A DNA stretch of 64,000 nt from Octopus sinensis (taxonomy: Eukaryota): positions 11,903,360 through 11,967,359 of the forward strand of contig NC_043019.1 in NCBI RefSeq assembly GCF_006345805.1. Reading direction: 5' to 3'. The translations under genes and the position numbers were made by a program. The stretch's first letter is position 1; every line of letters starts with the position of its first letter. The notes beneath the pieces were generated by a model. That model saw only the letters and a list, made by a program, of their open reading frames with translations, was not told where the DNA came from and made no database searches. Positions 28,474-40,856 of the stretch are shown here, one piece after another.

Positions 28474-31400
28474 TATTCCAAATATATACGTTTTTCTTAT
28501 TATTTTGCAATTTACTTAATCATCGGTATATTATCGTTATTTTAATTTTAATATTTCTATTATAAGTAATTTTCTAGATGGTATAATTTAATCGTTCATT
28601 TTGAATTGATAAAAGGTGTTTTTTTTCTAATTTTTATATATATATATTATAGTTTGTGAAATTTGATTTAGTATTTCTAAATTGAATTTTTCCCTGTAAG
28701 TTAGGAATAATATTCCCTCAAATAATTATTATTATATATATATATATATACATATATAGTTCAATGGTCCATGTTGAGATATTCCTTCCTCTCTCCCAGT
28801 TCTCAGGCAGGGGTGAAGGAATTCTACTTCTTTCACTGGTCACTGGTTGTGCAAATGTTATAATTTGTATTTGACCATCTGCCACCCCTTAGAGCAACCT
28901 GTGGCCCAACAGACTTTCTGAATGGCACGCTTAGTGAAAACTTACCTTCAATTGTTTTTAGTAGTGCCTTATTATGAACCATGTCTTATGCGGTCTGCTT
29001 CTTGTAAAAGGTTGCCCATGCCTTGTCTTAGAAAATTTAATTTATGCTCTATGCTCACACACTTGTCCCTTGTTAGGAAACTTTGAAAAAGCTACAAATG
29101 CTTGAATTACTTGTTAATTTTATGGTTTTCGAAAGTTTTCTTGACCCCCTCCTGATTTTTGATTCACAATACCTTGTTGGTGCAGGTATAGTCTTGCTGT
29201 TCTGTGTGGCTTCATTGTGGTTGGTTGCTGACAAATAGAGCAGATTCTTCTGATTTGAAGTTCTTTATCTATGAAGCTGGTCAAAGTTTGAATCCTTCAT
29301 TAGATAGATGGTCAACCATAAATAGATTAGCTGCTACTAGATTAATCCAGGGATTACTATCCCAATATTAGCTGCCTTTTTAATACAAGTAGTTTTTTGA
29401 ACACACTTTCTGGGGCGATTCTTTCGTAACTTTCTCTCATGGCAACTAGAAATATTTAATTTTTATTTCTGCAGAGGACTGGAATAAAGCACGTGTGTGT
29501 GTGCTTATGTATGTATATATAACAGAATAAGCATATGTATACACACACACTCATGCACAAATTGTACTGTATGATCGTGCATTTATATATGTACTTATAT
29601 AAACTATAATGTAAGTGTATGTACATATATACATATAAACTATATTTATGTATGTGCATATATACTCACACAAACTGTACTGTAAGTGTATGATGTATAT
29701 AGCCATACATACTAAATTATAGTTTGTGTATGTCTGTGTAGATATAGATATACATACATACACAAACTGTACTGTGTATAAATGCGTGTGTATGTATGCA
29801 TATATATATACACACACACACACAAACTATTTATAGCGTATATTTTATAAATATAGATATTTAGTTCTATTTATTGGGTATTAATAAAACTCCATTATCA
29901 CAAGAGGATTATATTTCTTTCTTTTAAATATAAAAGTTGAATAAAACATTTATAGGAAGGAATTAAGTATTTCTTAGTTATTTTTTTATATTTTGGTGTA
30001 AGAGTTGAAGATATCCTCAAGTGAGTGAAGCTTTGGTGTGCAGTAAAGTGTTGAAAGTGTGTGCTGAGTGGAGTGAGAGGAGCTTTAGAGTAGTGTAGTC
30101 AAAAGCATGCTCTTATTGAGTGGACCTTTAGTTGAAGGTACGCTCTGAGTAGAACTTGCAGCTGAGTAACCATGTACCTCCTCTACAGCAAGACACCTGT
30201 TCCTGCCTCTGCATCACTCAAACCTTTCATCATCTGACACAAGATCATCTCATCCAATGCCCCCTCTCCTCTCAAGGGATCTTTGTTTTACAAGTCAGTC
30301 CACACTGTAAAGTGGTTGGCAATTGGAAGGGCATCTGGTTGTAAAAAAACAAAAAAAATTGACCCCACCCGTGCTTGTGCCATGTAAAAAGCACTCTGTC
30401 CACTCTGCCGGATAGTTGGTGTTAGGAAGGCATAGAAGCTGTAAAATCTGCGCCAAAACAGACAGAAGTTTCGTGCAGGCTCATACCTGGCTGGTTCCTG
30501 TCAAACCTTCCAACTCATAGCAGCATGGAAGGTGGACTTTAATCCATTGCTTGCCATGATCCCCATTTGGGGATCTGCTGAAAACAGTCTCTCTGCTGAT
30601 TATTCATTGTATTTAAAGTGAATTGCTTATGTACATTGCATTTGCAGAGTTCTGTTTAATAATAATATTTAGTAATTAAAGTTTGTCATTATTAGCTCTG
30701 GCTAATTCTAGAGGACATTTTATGTCATAAATTGCAATTTTTGAACTACAAAAATACTGACTGTTTCGAAAACCTTTTTTTTTTCTTTCTAGCATTTCCC
30801 ATCTATATCATTCATTGATATTTCATAAACATTCACATTTGATACTATAGTTTCAAAAAAAAAAAAAAAACTAAAATGTTTATTATTGCAATTGAATTGA
30901 AAAGGATAAATATGCTTTTTTTCAGTAATCCCCATTTGGGACTTTTCAAAAAATTTATCGTAATTTCCAAAATAATTCACATATGATGAAAATTTAACTA
31001 CTGTATATTATTTTAACTCTTAAGACACCTGGCAAAGCTAAAAAATATGAATAAAATTATTTGGCAGTTAATGGGTTAACCAATGGTGATGAATCACAGC
31101 TATTTCATTTACTTAGAGCAATGGTTCTTAACCAAGGCCCATATGGCCCTGGGGGCCCTTATAAGATTTTAGTGTTAAAATTCATCTGCAATAAATTGGT
31201 TACACTTCTACAGTACACAATTTTTTTTATATATAATTCCTAAAAATCATCATCGTTTAACGTCCGCTTTCCATTCTAGCATGGGTTGGACGAATGACTG
31301 AGGGCTGACGAACCAGATGGCTGCACCAGGCTTCAATCTTGATCTGGCAGAGTTTCTACAGCTAGATGCCTATCCTAACGCCAACCACTCCGAGAGTGTA

Positions 31401-32009
31401 GTGGGTGCTTTTATGTGCCACCGGCACGGGGCCAGTCAGGCGGTACTGGCAACGACCTCGCTCAAATCTTTTACACATGCCACCGGCACAGGTGCGAGTA
31501 AGGCGATGCTGGTAACGATCATGCTCGAATGATCTCTTTTACGTGCCACTGGCACGGAGGCCAGATAGCCGCTCTGTCAACGATCACGCTTGGATGGTGC
31601 TCCATTCCTAAAAATATCTAATTCTAAAAATATAATATGGTTTTTTAAACATCAGATGGCTAGGTGGGTACATCCAAGTAAAATAAGGATCAAAGGGAGG
31701 TTCACAGGTTAAAAAGGGGTTTGAGAAATATTGATTTCGACCTTAATGCCTCTATGAGTTTCCATCTGCCAAATCCACCCAAAAGGTTTAGGTTGACTCT
31801 TCCTACATAGAAATCCAACCACGACTTCACCTACTGCTTCTTGCTTGTGTGCAAGTAATCCAGTTCCAAATAAAAGCAATAATGTTATAATCCAGTTCCA
31901 AATAAAAGCAATAATGTTGAGCAGTATGGAAAACAAAACAAACATGTTTAAATTTATTTACATAAATAGACAAAAATAATAATAATAATGATAATAATAA
32001 AAAAAAAAG

Positions 32010-32090
32010 CTACAGTTGTGGTTTTGGTTTCCAAATCTCAACGCAACAATTACTTCCAGCATAAGCAAGGGTGTTTTTGCTATGATCCAA
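32010..32090 (-). CDS. FBXW9: FBXW9 coding exon 8 (LDHSKNTLAYAGSNCCVEIWKPKPQL*)
   Basis: Long polypyrimidine acceptor; terminal WD half ending VEIW; TAG stop; AATAAA on the - strand at 31953-31958. Confidence 0.85.
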   Translation of the reverse strand: MDHSKNTLAYAGSNCCVEIWKPKPQL

Positions 32091-35000
32091 CTAAAAAAGA
32101 AAAAAAAAGATGAGGTAGAATCGAGAAGGAAGAGATAGAGAGATTAGATAGAATTAAGAAACTCGTTGGGTTGTGGCCAAGCTGGTGCACTGCCTTCAAT
32201 GGATTTTCAATCAAACAAATCAATGCCCAGTACCCATTCTGTCTATTTTGCTGAACTGCTAAGTTACATCATCATCATCATCGTTTAACGTCCGCTTTCC
32301 ATGCTAGCATGGGTTGGACGGTTCGACTGGGGTCTGGGAAGCCAGGAGGCTGCACCAGGCCCAGTCTGATCTGGCAGTGTTTCTACAGCTGGATGCCCTT
32401 CCTAATGCCAACTACTCAGTGGGTGCGAGGCCATGTTCTGTATATCTGTTGCAGAACCCTTCCTAAAACAAGTTGGAGCCCTTAAACTCTGAGCACCTTT
32501 TCAAAGTCAGAAAACAGCACAGCAAATCGACCCCGGGACTTATTCGTTGTAAGCCTAGTACTTATTCTATTGGTCTCTTTTGCTGAACCGCTAAGTTACG
32601 GTGACGTAAACACACCAGCATCGGTTGTCAAGTGATGTTGGGGGGACAAACACAGACACACATATATATACATATATATACGACGGGCTTCTTTCAGTTT
32701 CCGTCTACCAAATCCACTCACAAGGGCTTTGGTCGGCCCGAGGCTATAGTAGAAGACACTTGCCCAAGGTGTCACGCAGTGGGACTGAACCCGGAACCAT
32801 GTGGTTGGTAAACAAGCTACTTACCACACAGCCACTCCTACGCCTGTATACAATAATTTCATTATTATTATTATTATTTTTAAATGGGGTAGAGAACGGG
32901 TCATGATCTTTACAGTCATAAGGAGGCTCATGTTCAACTTTAAACTTCTCTCTGCAAAGACAAGAATCGGACTTACCCCAGCTATTTCTCCAAAATTGGG
33001 TGAAATACAAGAGATCCGTTGTAGATTTGCTGTTGGTTCCATGATTGTAATTTTTCCTTCGTTTCTCTCATTGGATGATGTGAACAAAGCTCCCATGCTA
33101 TGCCTTATTGTGGTCAACTTGCACCGGTTTGAACTTGAACGTAAATCATGTGACTAAACAAAAAAAAAAATGGGAAACATGAATTTGAAAATAGCGTTAT
33201 TTTAGAATTAACTCCTTCAACATTCAGATTACTCTGTCAAATGTAATGTTTATTTATTCACCTTGTTTAGAATTAAATGTGCATTATCTTGTAGTGTTGT
33301 GATTTCAACGATGCAATTGTTTATTTTTGAATGACATTGTAGGGTAGGTGTGATAAGCTGGATCTGCTTGATTTGAACATATAAAAGGGTAAAGATCCCC
33401 TTCGACCATGAGACTGCACCTAGAAAGTTACCCTCCAAGGCACAAGTCTGGACAAGGTTGTTCATACATTTTGATAGTTATCTGAATGGTAAAGGATCAA
33501 AAGTAGTGCTCCAGCTTGGTCACAGTCAAAAGACTAAAATATTAATTCACTGAAGAACATAAGCAATATCATTGTTTTTTGATTTTTTTCGCTCAGATGG
33601 AGCTTATGCAAAATAAAAATATACAACAATGTGATTATAAGAGGGGGGAAGAGTAGCCATTTACTCACCATCACAAGGTTAAATTGGTCGTCCGTAGCAT
33701 CAAATAGATGTATTTTTCCCACATGGTCACCAACCCATAAATGGTTATTGTTGAATGTCAGGCACATTGGGTACTCGTCTAGCTGGAAGAAGAGACAGCA
33801 TCACTCAGTCCTCAACAGAATGACAATTTCGGAGAGAAACGATGATGGCAAAAAATAGACAACATGATGAGAGAAAGGCTACAGAAAACTCACAGCAATC
33901 TTTTTGAAGACAGAACCAGCCTTCCGGTCAAAGACACAGATCTGGCTGTCTTCACTGCCAGTAATGATGTATTTTTGTGTGACTGCCAGGCACAAGACGG
34001 GCATCCGATGCAGCTTCTCCTCATGAATGACCCCTTCCCTTGTGTCAATGGTGCACATAGTTCTGAAGTGGGTGCCAGCAACGATTAAGTTTGGTTCCAT
34101 ATAGATATCCAAGACTGCTGAGTTACACCTGAAAAAGTGAAATGTAGTCAGTGCAGAGGTACCCAGTAATAATGAAGTAACGAATCTATATAGCCAGCCA
34201 CAACCCCTTCACAAATATAAGGACACAGAAAATGTGTCAAAGCCGACAGGAAGCGTTCGATGCTTCCTAGGGCTAAACAGCGGTGGTGTAATTCCCATAC
34301 GGGACTGTCACGTTAAGTTGACAGTATACAACCACTCTATCGCTCCACCACCGCTCATGTCTCTTTGAGACATTTAGAAATTTAATATTTCTGATATATA
34401 TATATATGCACACACACACACAAATATACACATATACAGTTTTCCCGTAAAAAGCACCCACTACACTTGCGGAGTGGTTGGTGTTAGGAAGGGCATCCAG
34501 CTGTAGAAACTCTGCCAGATCAGACTGGAGCCTGGTGCAGCCCCTGGCTTCCCAGACCCCGGTCGAACCGTCCAACCCATGCCAGCATGGAAAGCGGACG
34601 CTAAACGATGATGATGATGATATATATATATATCAGAAATATTAAATTTTTAAATGTCTCAAAGAGACATGAGCGGTGGTGGAGCGGTAGAGTGGTTGTA
34701 TACTGTCAACTTAACGTGACAGTCCCGTATGGGAATTACATCACCGCTGTTTAGCCCTAGGAAGCATCAACCGCTTCCTGTTGGCTTTGACACATTTTCT
34801 GTGTCCTTATATTTGTGAAGGGGAGGCAAGCATCCCCACCAGCCAAGAGTCACACCTGAGGACATGCATGTCTCTTTGAGACGTTTAGAAATTTAATATT
34901 TCTGATTACGGTAACTAGTGAATAGATTTCACTGTAAATATATATATTTGTGAAGGCTGGACGAGCACCTCAGTCAGCAGATCTCACTATCCTGGGCTGA

Positions 35001-35886
35001 TGACGGTTTAAGACCTAGAGACATGCATGTCCTCAGGTGTGAATCTTGGCTGGTAGGGATGCTTGCCTCCCCTTCGCAAATATAAGGACACAGAAAATGT
35101 GTCAAAGCCGACAGGAAGCGTTCGATGCTTCCTAGGGCTAAACAGCAGTGGTGTAATTCCCATACAGGACTGTCACATTAAGTTGACAGTATACAACCAC
35201 TCTACTGCTCCACCACTGCTCATGTCTCTTTGAGACATTTAGAAATTTAAATTTCTGAATCTATACAGCAAACTCTAAAATACCCAGGAAATAATTATAA
35301 CAGTAGAGTACCCAATCCATACTCCAAACCGTATTCAGTTTTTGAGGCTTTGTGTTCGATCCTTCCTTCCTTCCTTCCACTCTGTTTTTTCTTTTTCTCT
35401 CTCTTACTGTCCTACATTCCCACCTTTTTCTTTCTGTTTCTTTCTTTCCCTGTTTCTTTCATTCTTTCTCTCTTTACTTCCTTCACAAAGCTGCAAGTAA
35501 CTTGCTCCCTCTTCTCAGGGTTAAAATACAAATTAAAATAAAATTTAAAAAATAATAAAGAAAAAAAAGGACCATTCCTTCTGAATGAGGGCATGTGGCC
35601 TCTGAGCCCCTACCTGAATGTAGAAATGAGAGCAATGTTAGGGTTTGAATCCCACAGCCGGATATTTGAATCCCAGCATCCAGAGCAGAACTGATTACCG
35701 TAAGAATTCAAACACCATACCCAGCCCTGTAAAGAAAGGATGAAGGATATATATATATAATCAAAATAAGCAACAAGTATATCCGAGGTAATGTGGTACG
35801 ATCGTTTCATGCTACTTCATTTTATTAAACACTGTAAGCATTACATCAGTTTTAAAATGTCGAGCAATCTTCAGCCATATATATAA

Positions 35887-35917
<31 letters not shown>

Positions 35918-36397
35918 GTCAACAGATGAGATCTAGAGATTCTCGGCATAAAAAACACTTAGTAGCAGTCAAATGATTCGAACTTAGATTCCAATGTCTT
36001 TACAAGGGACCAATGGCTATAAGAAGAATTTAGGTGAGCAGATATGGAGGCGATTATGTGGATAGTCAAATTAAATATAACAGCTTCGGTTTATATACAA
36101 TATATATATCACCGTGACCGACCAGGCATTCAGATGTTGCTACACATCGCTGGTCACAATGCGCTTCACATTGTTTTAGCCTTCAAATGATGCCACCCCG
36201 CTGGCTAAGCGAGCAGGCCAACAGAAGAAAGAGTGGGAGGAGGTTGTGGCGAAAGAGTACAGCAGGGACCGCCACCACACCCTGCCGGAGCCTCATGGAG
36301 CTTTAGGTATTTTTGCTCAATAAACACTCACAACACCCGGTCTGGGAATCAAAACCGCGAGTCCGCTGCTCTAACCACTGGGCCATTGCGGCTCCAT

Positions 36398-36433
<36 letters not shown>

Positions 36434-39400
36434 TGTTGCTATTATGCAAAAATGTTATAATTCCAAAATGTTGCTTTTTTAGAAAACAAAAAAATAGTTT
36501 CACCATTCCATGGCAAAACTGTTGTACTACACTTTGACAATTTTTGATACCTTGGCATCTGAAGCAGCTGGAGATACGATAGTCTGACCAAAAGAACTGG
36601 CTATTGCAAGCAAAAATAAATACTGGAAACATGCATCTGGCTAAATTTGGACATACAACAGTTCAACATAACAGCAATGATATAAATGTGTGTTTGTGTG
36701 TGTGTCACACAAGTAATATCCTTCATTTCCAGTCTTCCATGAAAGCATATCTGACCACGAAGAAATAATACCTTGCTTGGAAACAAGGGAGGGTTGGCAA
36801 CAGGAAGGGCATCTGGCTGTCAAATGTCCACCTGACCTATGCAATCTTGGAGAAAGTGGACATTGAATGATGAGGATGATAATACAGCTTCCTTGTAATC
36901 AACTGATTGTTACATGAGATTCTGTCCAATGTCACGGCTGTTAGTTACATAATGCACCATCTTCAAAAGTGTTAGTCCCCCCAACCACTGCTTGAGAACC
37001 GGTGTTGGTGTGTTTGCGTGCCTGTAACTTAGCAGTTCGGCAAAAGAAACTGGTGGAAGGTGGCGATCTGGCAGAATCATTAGCACGCTGGGCGAAATGC
37101 TTTGTCGCATTTCGTCCGCCGCTACGTTCTGAGTTCAAATTCCGCCGAGGTCGACTTTGTCTTTCATCCTTTCGGGGTCGATTAAATAAGTACCAGTTAC
37201 GCACTGGGGTCGATATAATCGACTTAATCCCTTTGTGTGTCCTTGTTTGTCCCCCCTGTGTTTAGCCCCTTGTGGGTAATAAAGAAATAGGTATTTCGTC
37301 TGCCGTTATGTTCTGAGTTCAAATTCCGCCAAGGTCGACTTTGCCTTTCATCCTTTCGGGATCGATTAATTATGTACCAGTTACACACTAGGGTCGATAT
37401 AATCGGCTTAATCCCTTTGTGTGTCCTTGTTTCTCCCCCCCTCCCTGCTTTTAGCCCCCTTGTGGGTAGTAAAGAGATAGGTACTGGGATTGATTCATTC
37501 GACTAAAATTTCTTCGAGGCATTGCCCCAGCATGGCCACAGTCTTATGACTGAAACCAGTAACAGACAAAAAGATACATACCTTGTGACATTTATGGTCT
37601 GAGTACAAAATTGCTTCCCTGTAGGAATTGGGTTGGTCTTTCACCAATTTATCCACGTCCATCACAGTCAAAGAATGGTCCCTGGAACCAACCAGCAACA
37701 ATTGGCTGCCCTGGAACAGAGTGACAGAGAGGACTTATGACACACTGGTCCTTATTGACAAGGGTCTCATACACAAAACAGACTGCTGCTGTTGGGTTAG
37801 TACATGTGGTAGTGGTGGTCATAGTAGTAGTTGTAATACTAGTAGTAGTAATAGTAACAGTAGTAGCTGAAGTACTAGTTGTAATGGTAGTAGTAGTTGT
37901 GGTAGAATCTCCTAATATAATAATAATGAGCATAGTGTTTTTATATATTTGTATATATATATACACACACACTGTGCTTGGAGCCAAGTACATCAACATC
38001 GAAAAATGAAATGGAAATTGTAGTTGTGATACCTGTGCCGGTGGCACGTAAAAGCACCCACTACACTCACGGAGTGATTGGCATTAGGAAGGGCATCCAG
38101 CTGTAGAAACACTGCCAGATCAGACTGGAGCCTGGTGCAGCCTCTTGGCTTCCCAGACCCCAGTCGAACCGTCCAACCCATGCTAGCATGGAAAACGGAC
38201 GTTAAACGATGATGATGATGATATACATATATATTTGTCCAGATTCATGCCGGACGCGGAGGAGGAGAGAAAATAGTAATTCAGTGAAGGAGAAGTAGTG
38301 AGAGTAATAGCCCTGACTAAGATGGAGCGAGAGAAAGTAATAGCAATGTGAGAAAGGAAGGGGTGAAAAAAAAATCAATGTTTCAACTCTGAGTATATGT
38401 GTGTGCGTGTACAAGGGAAGTATGTGAATGTTTGTATCTGTGATATTATTATGCACCTTATTTTGTAACCTTATTTATATATAAAATACTACAATTAGCC
38501 ATCATTATTGACGGCACATGGTCAGCTAGTTAACAATAATAGTTGTAGTACAATTGGTTGTATTAATAGTAGAACTAGTGGTAGTAGTAATATTATTAGT
38601 TGTAGTACTAGTGATATCATAGTAGTGGTGGTAGTGTTAGTAATAATAGTAGTTTTGGTAATTCTATCACTTTTTCAGGAAATCTTGAGAGAAACAATGG
38701 TGTGAGCTGACTCATTGACTGATGGTTCGTTGACCGACGGTTCATTGACCAACAGTTCGTTGACAGACGGTTCACATTTCGATCGTTCGCGGTCCAGCAG
38801 CTCGATCTGTGACCTTTTGAGCTCCAGCTGTTCACAGTCTAATAGTTTACAATCCGTCATGTGCGTGGATGTGGGTGCGGTATCGGTGGGTTGGTAGAAT
38901 CAATAATAGAATGAACAAAATATCTAGTGGAATTTACTTAGATCCTTCCCTGTACACCAAGGTGAACTTCACCCTTTTTCTGACAAGGATTGAGACAATA
39001 AGTTTACAAGATAAATGCACTGCAGTTTGGTGCAAGAAACTAAACAGCTCTTGAAATGCAGTGCTCCGGCAAGGTTGCAGTCCAATAATTTGAAGCAAGT
39101 GCAAAACAAAAAAACACAAGAACACAGAAAACATTAGATCACCTTTAGAAAATGTACGGAATCGCTGAAGCCGGACGACATGTTGCTGATTCTGATGCAT
39201 TCTGTCTTTTGCGAGTTGTTCCGCCAAAAACCATAAGATTCTTCTGTCGCTAAACAGGCTTCTTGCCAGTCAAAGTCTTCACTCAGGTCTGATAGGAAAC
39301 AACATGAACAACAATAACATAAGTTAACATACACACACATTTATAGAGAAATATTCATACACATATTTGTATTTATATATACACACATTTATAGAGAAAT

Positions 39401-40856
39401 ATTCATACACATATTTATATTTATATATACACACATTTATAGAGAAATATTCATACACATATTTATATTTATATACACACACATTTATAGAGAAATATTC
39501 ATACACATATTTATATTTATATACACACACATTTATAGAGAAATATTCATACACATATTTATATTTATATATACACACATTTATAGAGAAATATGTATAC
39601 ACATATTTGTATTTATATATACACACATTTATAGAGAAATATTCATACACATATTTATATTTATATATACACACATTTATAGAGAAATATGTATACACAT
39701 ATTTGTATTTATATATACACACATTTATAGAGAAATATTCATACACATATTTATATTTATATACACACACATTTATAGAGAAATATGTATACACATATTT
39801 GTATTTATATACACACACATTTATAGAGAAATATGTATACATATTTGTATTTATATACACACACATTTATAGAGAAATATGTATACACATATTTGTATTT
39901 ATATACACACACATTTATAGAGAAATATGTATACACATATTTGTATTTATATACACACACATTTATAGAGAAATATGTATACACATATTTGTATTTATAT
40001 ATACACACATTTATAGAGAAATATTCATACACATATTTATATTTATATACACACACATTTATAGAGAATATGTATACACATATTGTATTTATATACACAC
40101 ACATTTATAGAGAATATGTATACACATATTTGTATTATATACACACACATTATAGAGAAATATTATACACATATTTGTATTTATATACACACACATTATA
40201 GAGAAATATTCATACACATATTATATTTATATATACACACATTTATAGAGAAATATTCATACACATATTATATTTATATACACACACATTTATAGAGAAA
40301 TATTCATACACATATTTGTATTTATATACACACACATTTATAGAGAAATATGCATACATATATTTATATATAGAGGAGGTACATGGTTACCCGGTCAGAG
40401 AGAGAGAAGAGAGGTCCAAGAAAGAGGACAGAAGCAGGTGTGTTGATGTAAAAGAGTGCACACATACAAACACACAACATGCTTGTTTCAGTCCTAAACC
40501 TACACACACACACCAACATTATAAAATTTCCTACCTGAAACAGGTGGGTACCTATCTGGGCTGTACCAGGCAGTCAATCGGGTCTTCCAGTAAGTTTCTG
40601 ATGACAACAAGACATGGAACTTTTGACACACTTTGGACACAGATCTAATGAGATGACCAGCATCCACATAGTTAAAAACTAACAACAGTAATTCATAAGG
40701 TAAGGTTTCAAGTGTGATTCCACAGTGTCCATTAAATTCCTGTTCATTGGTGAGGTTCACAGGATCGAGGACAGCACCTTCCAGCTTGATTGATTCCACT
40801 GCAGGAAGCTCCACATTGGAGTCTGTGGACTGTTCTTCAGCAACAGCTGCAGACAT
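32010..40856 (-). CDS. FBXW9: F-box/WD40-repeat protein, most like FBXW9; spliced gene, complement(join(32010..32090,32977..33153,33669..33782,33894..34128,35614..35726,37582..37710,39143..39288,40535..40856)), 438 aa
   Basis: All 7 introns are GT-AG with matching phases; 1317 nt open to TAG. N-terminal F-box (LETLPYELLLLVFNY...VCQKF...W) then WD repeats (LLVGSRD, GWVWCL..SGCWDSNIRLWD, IITGSED). C-terminal HSMGALFTSS..ITIMEPT..VEIW resembles FBXW9 as recalled. Family is secure; orthology needs a search. Confidence 0.88.
32977..33153 (-). CDS. FBXW9: FBXW9 coding exon 7 (SHDLRSS...HSMGALFTSS...GEIAG)
   Basis: Poly-T acceptor gtttag, donor gtaagt, phase 0 to 0. Confidence 0.88.
33669..33782 (-). 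CDS. FBXW9: FBXW9 coding exon 6 (LDEYPMCLTFNNNHLWVGDHVGKIHLFD)
   Basis: Acceptor ttccag, donor gtgagt, phase 0 to 0. Confidence 0.92.
33894..34128 (-). CDS. FBXW9: FBXW9 coding exon 5 (CNSAVLDIYMEP...IITGSEDSQICVFDRKAG)
   Basis: Acceptor tttcag, donor gtgagt, phase 2 to 0. Confidence 0.92.
34204..35258. repeat. Three copies (+,-,+) of a ~200-250-bp element in FBXW9 intron 4; candidate Penelope-like pLTR remnant
   Basis: 34204-34406 (+), 34621-34875 (-), 35017-35258 (+). Confidence 0.75.
34991..35037 (+). ncRNA. Candidate minimal type I hammerhead ribozyme (degenerate core)
   Basis: CCUGGG-CUGAUGA-C-GGU/ACC-UA-GAGA-C-AUGCAU-G-UC-CUCAGG; stem I pairs 6/6 with one GU; palindromic stem III. 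Confidence 0.5.
35614..35726 (-). CDS. FBXW9: FBXW9 coding exon 4 (GWVWCLNSYGNQFCSGCWDSNIRLWD)
   Basis: Acceptor ttacag, donor gtaggg, phase 0 to 2; canonical WD repeat. Confidence 0.92.
37057..37480 (+). mobile_element. SINE family B dimer
   Basis: Two bodies joined at AAAGAAATAGGTATTTCGTC. Confidence 0.75.
37582..37710 (-). CDS. FBXW9: FBXW9 coding exon 3 (GSQLLLVGSRDHSLTVMD...HK)
   Basis: Acceptor ttccag, donor gtatgt, phase 0 to 0. Confidence 0.9.
39143..39288 (-). CDS. FBXW9: FBXW9 coding exon 2 (DLSEDFDWQEACLATEESYGFW...DSVHFLK)
   Basis: Acceptor ctatcag, donor gtgatc, phase 1 to 0. Confidence 0.88.
39332..40372. repeat. 48-bp AT-rich minisatellite, about 21-22 copies
   Basis: ATTTATAGAGAAATATTCATACACATATTTRTATTTATATAYACACAC with period 48; explains the 16-aa repeat ORFs. 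Confidence 0.9.
40535..40856 (-). CDS. FBXW9: FBXW9 coding exon 1 (F-box)
   Basis: ATG at 40856; donor G|gtagga, phase 1; an AG acceptor lies just 5' (exon start about 40867). Confidence 0.9.

Noticed and set aside
29450-29480. Alternative last exon for FBXW9 (SSAEIKIKYF*)
   Set aside because: The 32090-32010 exon has a stronger acceptor, completes the WD repeat and is followed by AATAAA.
39324-40295. 180-aa and 247-aa ORFs with 16-aa periodicity
   Set aside because: Frames of a 48-bp intronic minisatellite that happen to lack stops.
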